Below are positions 9,447 through 17,157 of a stretch of DNA of 64,000 nucleotides, one piece after another (positions within the stretch are counted from its first letter, which is position 1; every line of letters starts with the position of its first letter). The DNA is from an uncultured Chloroflexia bacterium. Lineage in GTDB: Bacteria; Chloroflexota; Limnocylindria; Limnocylindrales; CSP1-4. Under the pieces are notes generated by a model that had not been told where the DNA came from, ran no database searches, and saw only the letters and a program-made list of their open reading frames with translations. The position numbers and the translations under genes are program-made. Where the stretch lies: contig CAWHXD010000006.1 of NCBI GenBank assembly GCA_963833225.1, forward strand, positions 256,001 through 320,000. The letters run 5' to 3'.

Positions 9447-10696
9447 GCCGTGCCTCCCCGGGTTGGCCGGATCCAGACGCCGGCTCCGCTCGGTCCGAGC
9501 GCCCGTGCGACCGTGTCAACGGCGCCGGCTTGGATCTCGTCGAGGTCGGTGACACCCCGGAGGTGCTCCGCGTACGCCTCGACGGTCCGCGCGGCGTCGT
9601 AGCGACGGCGGTTGAACCGCTGGTCGACGGCCGCCTGGATGCGTCGTCGAACGGGCTGGAAGACGGCCGCGGCCCCCAGGGTTGAGGCCGCGACGGCCAG
9701 GCTGCTCTCGCTGGCCAGCGGGGCGAGCAACGCCTGGAGGGCGACGATGAGTCCGGCGAACAGCGCCGCGATCAGACCGGTGGTGAGGGCCCACGAGATG
9801 GTCCGGCTGATGATCCGGTCGATCTCGTACAGGCGATAGCGGAGCACGGCGATCCCGATCGCGATCGGGACGCACGGGATGGCGACGATCGGGCCGATCC
9901 AGGCCAGGCCCGACTCGCTCGCGCCCGGGACGAGCGCGCTGACGACGAACCCCGCCAGCACGCCGGCGATGACGAGGCCGAGCGCCGCCGAGATCCAGCG
10001 GAGCTGCTGGCGCTCGAGGCCGGTGGTCCGGCGATAGCGGACGAAGAGCGAAGCGACCGAGCCGGCGAGGAGGACGACGAACGGGAGGACCGCCGTATCC
10101 GGCGTGACCAGTTGCCACACTGGCAGCTGGGGGAGGACCGCCAACGGGTTGCGCACACCCACGCTGGTCGACGCCCCGTTCAAGCTGACGGGAATCTTCG
10201 GCATGAACATGGCCGTCACTGCAACGGCGAGGCAGAGCCCGAGGGCAAGCCGGGCGACGATCCCCCACCGGCCGGTGGGCGGGCGCCCGGACGGAAAGAC
10301 CATCGACAGCACCGCCAGCAGGAAGAACAGCATGAGCCCGGACTGCGCCTGCACGACGGCAATGCCGGCGGCGGTCGGGCTCACGCTGCCGTCGTCGAAC
10401 TGCGCCGCGGTCGCAGGGACCGTCGACAGGATCAGCACGAAGCCCCAGCTCAGCGCGACCAGGATCCAGCCGATCGAGGTGCCCGGGCGCCGGACGGCGA
10501 GGAGCGTCCCCACGCCCGCGTAGGGCACGAACCAGATCAGGCCGATCCCACTCGGCGCGGCGGCGATCGCCCCGAGACCGAACAGGGCAACCAGCAGGAC
10601 ACGCGCGGGCGGCCCCAGCGGCGCTACGGCTTCGATGGCGCCTGCCGCGCTCGCCGGTCCCGGGACGACACGCCAGCGGCGCGCGGCCCCGGTCAC
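9443..10696 (-). CDS. Multi-pass membrane sensor-like protein, cassette 3
   Basis: Same conserved C-terminus (RYRLYEIDRIISR...EHLRGVTDL...LGPSGAGVWIR). GTG 10696 is in frame and overlaps a TGA. Confidence 0.8.
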   Translation of the reverse strand: MTGAARRWRVVPGPASAAGAIEAVAPLGPPARVLLVALFGLGAIAAAPSGIGLIWFVPYAGVGTLLAVRRPGTSIGWILVALSWGFVLILSTVPATAAQFDDGSVSPTAAGIAVVQAQSGLMLFFLLAVLSMVFPSGRPPTGRWGIVARLALGLCLAVAVTAMFMPKIPVSLNGASTSVGVRNPLAVLPQLPVWQLVTPDTAVLPFVVLLAGSVASLFVRYRRTTGLERQQLRWISAALGLVIAGVLAGFVVSALVPGASESGLAWIGPIVAIPCVPIAIGIAVLRYRLYEIDRIISRTISWALTTGLIAALFAGLIVALQALLAPLASESSLAVAASTLGAAAVFQPVRRRIQAAVDQRFNRRRYDAARTVEAYAEHLRGVTDLDEIQAGAVDTVARALGPSGAGVWIRPTRGGTA

Positions 10697-10776
10697 GACC
10701 GGTCCCCTCGAACCAATGCGAGGCTGAAGCCGATTGAGCGTGAGCTGGGCGGTATCGGCGGACGTGACGCCATCAT
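10693..10776 (-). CDS. 27-aa bridging ORF (MMASRPPIPPSSRSIGFSLALVRGDRS) between cassettes 2 and 3
   Basis: Its ATG overlaps the stop of 10773-11999 and its TGA overlaps GTG 10696. No recognisable domain. Confidence 0.35.
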   Translation of the reverse strand: MMASRPPIPPSSRSIGFSLALVRGDRS

Positions 10777-11999
10777 CGCGTGGTTCCTTGCTGGCGGGTC
10801 CAGACGGCCACCGACCGGGGCTGCATCGAGCGCCCGACCACCGTCTCGAGGTGTGCGTTGAGGGTGTCGAGGGCCGTATCGTCGCGCAGCCCGGCGGCGA
10901 ACCCGTCGAGGACGCGCTGGGCATCGATGTGCGCCCGATTGAACCTGCGGTCGACCGCTGTCTGGACGCGCCGACGCAATGGCTGGAACAGGGTGAAGGC
11001 GACCAGCGTCGCCGCGGCGACCGAGACCGTGCTCTGGCCGGTCAGCGGGCTCAACAGCTCCTGCAGCCCGACGACGGTCACGGCGAACATGACCGCGAGC
11101 ATGGCGCTGATGATCAGATAGCTGATGCTGCGGCTGACAATCCGGTCGATATCCCACAGCCGGTAGCGGAGGACCGCGACACCGGCCGAGATCGGGATGC
11201 CCAGGATGGCTGCGGTGACCACGATCTCGGTGAGCTTGGCGGCGCCCGGTGGCATGGCGCCGAGCTTGGCCAACGGGATGACCCAGAACACGAGACCACA
11301 GACCGCGACGCTGAACGCGAGCCACTTGAGCTGCTGACGGCTCTCCCCGGTGGCGCGGCGGAACCGGAGCGCGAGGGCGCTCGCGCCGATGAAGATGGCG
11401 ACGATGAGCGGCAGGTAGGCGATCCATCGCAGCTCGGGCCGGATCGCGATCTCGATGGCGAACGGATTGGACAGGTAGGAGGCGTTGTCGAGGGGCCCCG
11501 GCAGCACGGCGGCACCCAGTGCCGCGAGCGCCACCACACCGACATCGAGCCGAACGATCGGGCGCCAACGCGAGCTCAGCAGGCGTCCATCCGGGAACAC
11601 GAGCGGCAGGAACACGGTCACGAGCGCGATGGCCGGGATCCAGATCCAGCCGGCAAGCCAGGCTGCGACGTCTCCTCCCGCATGGGCGCCCGGCTCGGCG
11701 ATGAGGGCCAGTGCCGCGTACTGATCACACGCGCCCTCGACAGCCGACAGGATCGCGGCGGCCAGGAACAGCCACCCGATCGGATTCCCACGGACGCGGA
11801 CCACCACGATGGCTCCGATCGCCACGCAGGTGCCCGCGATCACGATCGGAAATCCGCGGACCGACCAGGTGCCCGGGACCTCCACCGACCAGGTCGCCGC
11901 GAGCAGGCCGATGCCAATGGTGCACAGCATGCCCGTGAACACGATGCTGGCTGCAGCGGCCAGCCTGGGCAGGAAGGAGCGCACCGCAATCGGGTTCAC
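10773..11999 (-). CDS. Multi-pass membrane sensor-like protein, cassette 2
   Basis: GNPIGWLFL, LVFPDGRLLSSRWR, ESRQQLKWLA, RYRLWDIDRIVSR...GLRDDTAL...MQPRSVAVWTR. GTGA overlap at 11996-11999. Confidence 0.85.
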   Translation of the reverse strand: MNPIAVRSFLPRLAAAASIVFTGMLCTIGIGLLAATWSVEVPGTWSVRGFPIVIAGTCVAIGAIVVVRVRGNPIGWLFLAAAILSAVEGACDQYAALALIAEPGAHAGGDVAAWLAGWIWIPAIALVTVFLPLVFPDGRLLSSRWRPIVRLDVGVVALAALGAAVLPGPLDNASYLSNPFAIEIAIRPELRWIAYLPLIVAIFIGASALALRFRRATGESRQQLKWLAFSVAVCGLVFWVIPLAKLGAMPPGAAKLTEIVVTAAILGIPISAGVAVLRYRLWDIDRIVSRSISYLIISAMLAVMFAVTVVGLQELLSPLTGQSTVSVAAATLVAFTLFQPLRRRVQTAVDRRFNRAHIDAQRVLDGFAAGLRDDTALDTLNAHLETVVGRSMQPRSVAVWTRQQGTTR

Positions 12000-12301
12000 G
12001 GCGTTCCCCGTCGGGCTCGAAGCCACAGCGCGACACCCGAGGGCTCGATCACCTGTCCGACCGTCGCAGCGGTGTTCTGTGATTCGGCGACCAGATCGAC
12101 GACGGTCTCGAAGAACAGCACAAACGCAACGAGCAGCCAGCCGACGATCTCTCGGGGTCGCGGACAGGTGAGGAACAGGCCGACTCCAGCGAACGACCCG
12201 GTGACCAAGACGTCACTGACTTCGACGCTTGACAACAGCGCGGGCGCGACGATGAGCACCGCGATCGCCGGGTAGGGCACCGCCCGCACCGCGACCCTCA
12301 T
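11996..12301 (-). CDS. Internally shortened paralogous cassette (101 aa; N-terminal TM helices joined in frame to the terminal VIEPSGVALWLR strand)
   Basis: VPYPAIAVL...GSFAGVGLFL..PRPREIVGWLL matches the N-terminus of 8256-9446; the end matches the family C-terminus. Coupled on both sides. Confidence 0.6.
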   Translation of the reverse strand: MRVAVRAVPYPAIAVLIVAPALLSSVEVSDVLVTGSFAGVGLFLTCPRPREIVGWLLVAFVLFFETVVDLVAESQNTAATVGQVIEPSGVALWLRARRGTP

Positions 12302-13533
12302 CCCTCCGCCGCCGGGCGCACCCAGACCGCAACCGATCCCGGGTGGAGAGCCTCGTGCACCGTGGTTGCGATGTCAGCCTCCACCGAGGCGAGATCCACC
12401 CGGTCGCGCAGCCGCTCGCCGAACGCGGTCACCACACGCTCCCCGTCGTACCGGGCCCGGTCGAACCGCCTGTCCACCGCTCGCTGGACCCGCCGGCGCA
12501 GCGGGGCGAAGAGCGCGAACGCCACCAGCGTGGAGGCCGCCACCGCGAGCGTCTGCCCCTGCGTGAACCCGGCGAGGACCCCCTGGAGCCCGACGACGAG
12601 CCCGGCGAACACCGCGACGAGCAGGCCCGTCACCAGTGCCCAGCCGATCGTGCGGCTGATGATCCGGTCGATCTCGTACAGCCGGTACCGGAGGATCGCG
12701 GCGCCGATCGCCATCGGAAACAGGGTCCACGAGATCCCGACGGCCAGGTCACCGACCTCCGAGTAGCCGTTCGGTCCGGCCTCCGCACCGTAGGTGACCA
12801 TGGCTGCCGTGACAAGCGAGGCGGCTGCGGCGACCCACTTGAGCTGCGCCCGCTCGAGTGCTCCGGAACGCCGCCAGCGTCCGACGAGCGACAGCGCGGC
12901 GAGCCCGATGCACAGCACGGTCAGCCCATAGACGCCCTCCCAGATCGCCCAGAGCGGAGTCGGTGGCGGCGCCAGCGGATTCTCCAGCCACGTGTAGTAC
13001 GGGAAGGCGCCGGGCCGCAGGGCCGCCCCGCAGAACACCAGCGTGGCGAAGAGCGCAGTCGATCCAACCAGCCACCGCCACCGTGGTGAGGGCAGGTGCC
13101 CGTCGGGGAACACCAGGAACAGCAGTGCGATGGCGAGGAAGAGCGGACCGTCCATGAGGCTGATCAAGAGCGCCGCCAGGGCGATGCCGGGCATGGGTTC
13201 GGGGTGGCGGATGTACGCGTCGAGGACGACGTACCCTGCGAGCGGGAACCCGATGGCGAGCACGAGCGGCCCGACGACGTTGCCGGGCCGGCGGACCGCG
13301 ATCAGCCACCCGACGACGAGGAACGTGATCGTCGCGACGAGGAAGACGAGACCGAGGACTGTTGGCGTCGTGTCGTCCAGCAGCCGGGCCAACGTCGCAA
13401 TCGAGGCCACGAGGACGGTCAGGCCGACGATCAAGGCCTGCAGCTGGCGGGCGACGTGGCGCTTGGGCGGAGCCTGACCCGCCTGTGACCTGAAGTCCGC
13501 TCCCGAACCCCGTGCCACGGCACGCTCGCTCAT
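12298..13533 (-). CDS. Multi-pass membrane sensor-like protein, cassette 1
   Basis: RRPGNVVG, LVFPDGHLPSPRWR, ERAQLKWVA, RYRLYEIDRIISR...GERLRDRVDL...LHPGSVAVWVR. ATG 13533 with GGGGAG upstream. Confidence 0.85.
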   Translation of the reverse strand: MSERAVARGSGADFRSQAGQAPPKRHVARQLQALIVGLTVLVASIATLARLLDDTTPTVLGLVFLVATITFLVVGWLIAVRRPGNVVGPLVLAIGFPLAGYVVLDAYIRHPEPMPGIALAALLISLMDGPLFLAIALLFLVFPDGHLPSPRWRWLVGSTALFATLVFCGAALRPGAFPYYTWLENPLAPPPTPLWAIWEGVYGLTVLCIGLAALSLVGRWRRSGALERAQLKWVAAAASLVTAAMVTYGAEAGPNGYSEVGDLAVGISWTLFPMAIGAAILRYRLYEIDRIISRTIGWALVTGLLVAVFAGLVVGLQGVLAGFTQGQTLAVAASTLVAFALFAPLRRRVQRAVDRRFDRARYDGERVVTAFGERLRDRVDLASVEADIATTVHEALHPGSVAVWVRPAAEG

Positions 13534-13697
13534 GTCGTCTCCCCGGACCCGCGACACAGCCACACGCCGATCCTGGTCGGCAGCACCGCCGCTTCGACCG
13601 TCGCCCGAGCATCGCGGCCGATGGTCGGCAGATCCACCTCGCCACGGAGGCGTTCGCCCGGGAAGAGCAGCGCCAGTGCGATGCGGGACGCGGTCAT
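13530..13697 (-). CDS. 55-aa microprotein consisting almost solely of the cassette C-terminal (GAF N-half) module
   Basis: Hand translation MTASRIALALLFPGERLRGEVDLPTIGRDARATVEAAVLPTRIGVWLCRGSGETT*. Matches GERLRDRVDLASVEADIATTVHEALHPGSVAVWVR. ATGA overlap with 13533. Confidence 0.7.
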   Translation of the reverse strand: MTASRIALALLFPGERLRGEVDLPTIGRDARATVEAAVLPTRIGVWLCRGSGETT

Positions 13698-13767
13698 GGC
13701 ACCCGATGGTGAGGGCGGGTCGTTCCCAAAACGTTACGGGATTCGGCGCCGAAGTTGTACCGTTGCG
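13698..13767 (-). promoter_or_regulatory. Putative SARP-type operator/promoter for the cassette array, overlapping the -10 of the divergent regulator
   Basis: Minus strand reads CGCAACG-N22-CGTAACG-N6-GAACG-N9-CACCAT-N8-ATGACCG. TACCGT at 13758-13763 on the + strand lies 8 nt before regulator ATG 13772. Confidence 0.6.
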
Positions 13768-13771
13768 CGAC

Positions 13772-16603
13772 ATGTCACTTGACATCCGCGTTCTCGGCCC
13801 CCTCGAGGTCCACGTGGACGGCGAGCCGATCCGCGTGGACACGCGGAAGGCCCAGGCGATCGTCGCCGTGCTCGCGGTTGAACGGCGTCCCTATGCGCGC
13901 GATGAGCTGGCGGCACTGTTCTGGCCCGAGTCGGGCGACGAGTCGGCACGGAACGCGCTGCGACGGACCCTGTCCGTGCTTCGCGCGGCGCTCGGCGGAC
14001 GGTGGCTGCGCGTCGATCGTGCGACGGTGGCGCTCGCCGATCACGGTGACGGCGTGTGGCTGGACCTGGCCGTGCTCGAGGGAGCGGCGGAAGCGGGCGG
14101 GCATTCCGCGCTCACCGACGCGGCGGCGCTTGCCCGGGGGCCCTTTCTCGCCGGCTTCTCACTCCGCGACAGCCCGGATTTCGATGACTGGCACGCGACC
14201 CGGGCGGTTACCGTTGAACGGCGGATCGTGGACGTCCTCGAGCGGCTTGTCTCAGCAGCGGAGTCCGCCGGCGACACCGCGGCCGCCATCACGGCGGCTA
14301 CCCGGCTCGTGGAGCTGAACCCGCTCGACGAGCCGGCGCGCCGACGCCTCATGACCGCTCTTGCCCGCAGCGGTGACCGGGCCGCGGCGATCCGCCAATA
14401 CCGTGCGACCGTCGCGATGCTCGAGCGCGAGCTCGGCGTGAGCCCGCTCGCCGAGACCACGGCGGCCTACGAGGCGATCCGTGACGAACGGCTCGGTCCC
14501 GTCGTGACCGCTGCGGCGGCAGTTGCTGCCACGGGCCCAGAGCCGCCACCGGCTGCGGCCGCGTCACCGCCCCGGCTGCCATTGACGGGTCGCCGCCTGG
14601 AGTTTAAATCACTCCGCGCTGCGCGCCGCTCATCGTCGCCGGACGGGCGAGTCGCCGTCCTCACCGGCGAGGCCGGGATCGGCAAGTCCCGCCTCGCGGA
14701 GGCGCTTCTCGCGGAGGCGGTCGCCGACGAAGGTGTGGTGCTCACCGCACGCGCCTTCCCGGCCGAGGGATCGATCGCCTACGCCCCAATCGTGGAGCTG
14801 CTCCGTTCGGGCTTCGCCCACCAGGATGCGGCTCGCCGCCTGGCCGATGTCCCACCGGGGATCCTCGCAGAGGTGGGGCGGCTCGTGCCCATGCCCGATC
14901 ACGTGACCGCGGGCACCGCGACGGCGGGATCTCCCAATTCACCCGCGGCGCGCGCCCGGCTGCTCGATGCCGTTGCCACGGTCCTCGCCGCGATCGTCCA
15001 CGCCCCCGCTCCGGGCATCGTCGCCGTCGAGGACCTGCAATGGGCGGACAGTGCGTCGAGGGAGGCGATCCTGTACCTGGCCCGGCGGCTGGCCGGGCGA
15101 CCGATGCTCCTCCTCGTCACGTGGCGACCCGAGGACCTGGAGGCCGCCGCCACGACGTTTGCGGATTCCCTCGAGAGCCTTCCGGGCGTGACGTCGATTC
15201 GGCTGGAGCGGCTGGATGACGTTGTCGTCGGTGCGCTCGTCGAGTCAGCGGTCGCCGCGGGCCTGCCACGCTGGGACGCGGCGGCGCTGGCCGCGGAGTC
15301 GGAGGGGCTTCCGCTGTACGTCGTCGAAGCGCTCATGGCGGGTCCCGGAGCGGTTGGGCACAATCCCCCGCGAGGCGTTCGTGCGCTCCTGCACGAGCGT
15401 CTGTCGACCGCTTCCGGGACCGCGAGCCAGGTTCTCGCCGCGGCGGCGGTGATCGGACGCTCGTTCGACTTCGGGACCGTCCGGGCAGCCAGCGGTCGCG
15501 CCGAGGACGAGACCGTCACCGCGCTCGAGGAGCTTGTCCAGCGGGGGATCGTCCGCGAGCTCGCCGGAACCGGCGAGCCGGCGTTCGACTTCGCCCACGC
15601 GCGGCTGCGTGACGCCGCGTACGAGGCCATCGGGACGGCACGGCGCCGGCTGCTCCACCGGCGAGTGGCCGATGCGCTGGGCGCCGATGCGGCCGGTCGC
15701 GACAACCCGGGCCGCCTCGCCAAGATCGCAGGTCATGAGCGGGCCGCAGGTCGCGACGCGGCCGCCGCGGAGGCATACCGGGAGGCAGGACGCGGATCGC
15801 GGCGGGTCTACGCGAACCGGGAGGCGCTGGCGCATCTCGAGATGGCCCTCGCCCTCGGGCACCCGGACGTCGCGGGACTGCAGGTGGCGATCGGCGAGAC
15901 GCGGACCGCGCTCGGCAACTACGCGGGAGCGATTGCGGCATTCGAAGCGGCCGCGGGTCTCGTGTCGGACGCGGCCCTGCCGGAGATCGAGCTGCGACTG
16001 GGCCAGGTCCACGCGCGACGCGGCGATGTGGCAACCGCCGCGAGCCACCTGGATGCGGCGCTGGAGGGCGCCGACGACCGGCTTCGGCCAGCCGTGCTGG
16101 TGGAGCAGGGCGCAGTCGCATTCAGGGCGGACGAGCTGGACGCGGCCGTCTCGTTCGCGAGCACTGCCCTGGGTGCCATCACCGGCACGGAGGACGCGAG
16201 GACGACGGGTGCCGCCAGTCGTCTCCTGGGCCTCGTGGCCCTCCGGCGCGGAGACCTCGACGCGGCGCGGGAGGCCCTTCGGTCGGCCGTCGCTGCGGCG
16301 GACCAGAGCGCGGAACCCAGCGCATCGATCGCAGCCCGCAACGGGCTCGCGCTCGTGGAGGCTGCCGCGGGCCACCGGGACGCGGCGATCACCTTGCTCG
16401 AGGAGGCCCTGGCCGAGTGCCGGCGGACGGGCGAGACGCACCTCGAGGCGGCGGTCGAGAACAACCTCGCCGACCAGCTGCACGCCGTCGGCCGCACGGA
16501 GGAGGCGATGGATCACCTCAAACGTGCCGTGGCCCTGTTCGCCGAGGTCGGCGGGCGGCCGGGCGAGCTTGAGCCCGAGATCTGGAAGCTTGTCTCCTGG
16601 TAG
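13772..16603 (+). CDS. SARP/AfsR-like transcriptional regulator: wHTH + BTAD + AAA/STAND NTPase + TPR repeats
   Basis: IRVLGPLEV...RDELAALFWPE...ARNALRRTL; BTAD GPFLAGF...PLDEPARRRLM; Walker A GEAGIGKS; Walker B VEDLQWAD; FDFAHARLRDAAY; helical repeats. Confidence 0.9.
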   Translation: MSLDIRVLGPLEVHVDGEPIRVDTRKAQAIVAVLAVERRPYARDELAALFWPESGDESARNALRRTLSVLRAALGGRWLRVDRATVALADHGDGVWLDLAVLEGAAEAGGHSALTDAAALARGPFLAGFSLRDSPDFDDWHATRAVTVERRIVDVLERLVSAAESAGDTAAAITAATRLVELNPLDEPARRRLMTALARSGDRAAAIRQYRATVAMLERELGVSPLAETTAAYEAIRDERLGPVVTAAAAVAATGPEPPPAAAASPPRLPLTGRRLEFKSLRAARRSSSPDGRVAVLTGEAGIGKSRLAEALLAEAVADEGVVLTARAFPAEGSIAYAPIVELLRSGFAHQDAARRLADVPPGILAEVGRLVPMPDHVTAGTATAGSPNSPAARARLLDAVATVLAAIVHAPAPGIVAVEDLQWADSASREAILYLARRLAGRPMLLLVTWRPEDLEAAATTFADSLESLPGVTSIRLERLDDVVVGALVESAVAAGLPRWDAAALAAESEGLPLYVVEALMAGPGAVGHNPPRGVRALLHERLSTASGTASQVLAAAAVIGRSFDFGTVRAASGRAEDETVTALEELVQRGIVRELAGTGEPAFDFAHARLRDAAYEAIGTARRRLLHRRVADALGADAAGRDNPGRLAKIAGHERAAGRDAAAAEAYREAGRGSRRVYANREALAHLEMALALGHPDVAGLQVAIGETRTALGNYAGAIAAFEAAAGLVSDAALPEIELRLGQVHARRGDVATAASHLDAALEGADDRLRPAVLVEQGAVAFRADELDAAVSFASTALGAITGTEDARTTGAASRLLGLVALRRGDLDAAREALRSAVAAADQSAEPSASIAARNGLALVEAAAGHRDAAITLLEEALAECRRTGETHLEAAVENNLADQLHAVGRTEEAMDHLKRAVALFAEVGGRPGELEPEIWKLVSW

Positions 16604-16678
16604 GGGCGGGCGATCGGGTGGATGAGACCCGCCCAACGACTCGCGGACCCCCGACATTCTTCGGGCGCGGTTCCTGCC

Positions 16679-16828
16679 CGGGCGCGGGGCGCCCCAACGG
16701 ATCGGTGGCGTGAGGATCCGGGCGCCGGCGGTGGGGTCGGTTGCGCGAGCTGGGGCTCTGGTGTGACAGGCGCCACGCCGGGCGCCCGATCCGTCCCCCG
16801 ATGCGCCCTTTGGGGCGCCGGGCGCCCG
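16679..16828. repeat. 150-bp dispersed palindromic intergenic element, copy B
   Basis: Terminal inverted repeats CGGGCGCGGGGCGCCCC / GGGGCGCCGGGCGCCCG. Colinear with 1571-1720. Confidence 0.7.
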
Positions 16829-16850
16829 AAGCGGGAACGAGCCGGCGCCT

Positions 16851-17144
16851 TCAGGATTGGTCGCGGACCACCGTCAGCCCCCGCGCATGCGCCAGGCCCA
16901 GCACCCAGCCCGCCGCCCCCATCGCGGGGTCGCTCTCGAGCTCCGGGGCCTCGTCACCGTCATCCGCCCGACCCGTGCCGCCGAGCAGGCGCAGCGTCCC
17001 GCCATCGGCGGCCAGGCGATCAAGGATCCGCTCCAGGTCTTCGGCCCCCACGGCGACGAAGCGCTGGCCGACGTCGACCGAAACGGAGCCATCCTCCTCC
17101 GCGTAGACCGTCAGGTCCGCCTCGAGCCGATCGGAGATCCCCAT
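16851..17144 (-). CDS. Hypothetical protein (97 aa)
   Basis: Acidic, globular-looking ORF directly downstream of pmbA on the same strand. Confidence 0.5.
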   Translation of the reverse strand: MGISDRLEADLTVYAEEDGSVSVDVGQRFVAVGAEDLERILDRLAADGGTLRLLGGTGRADDGDEAPELESDPAMGAAGWVLGLAHARGLTVVRDQS

Positions 17145-17157
17145 CGCCGGCGCCGCC

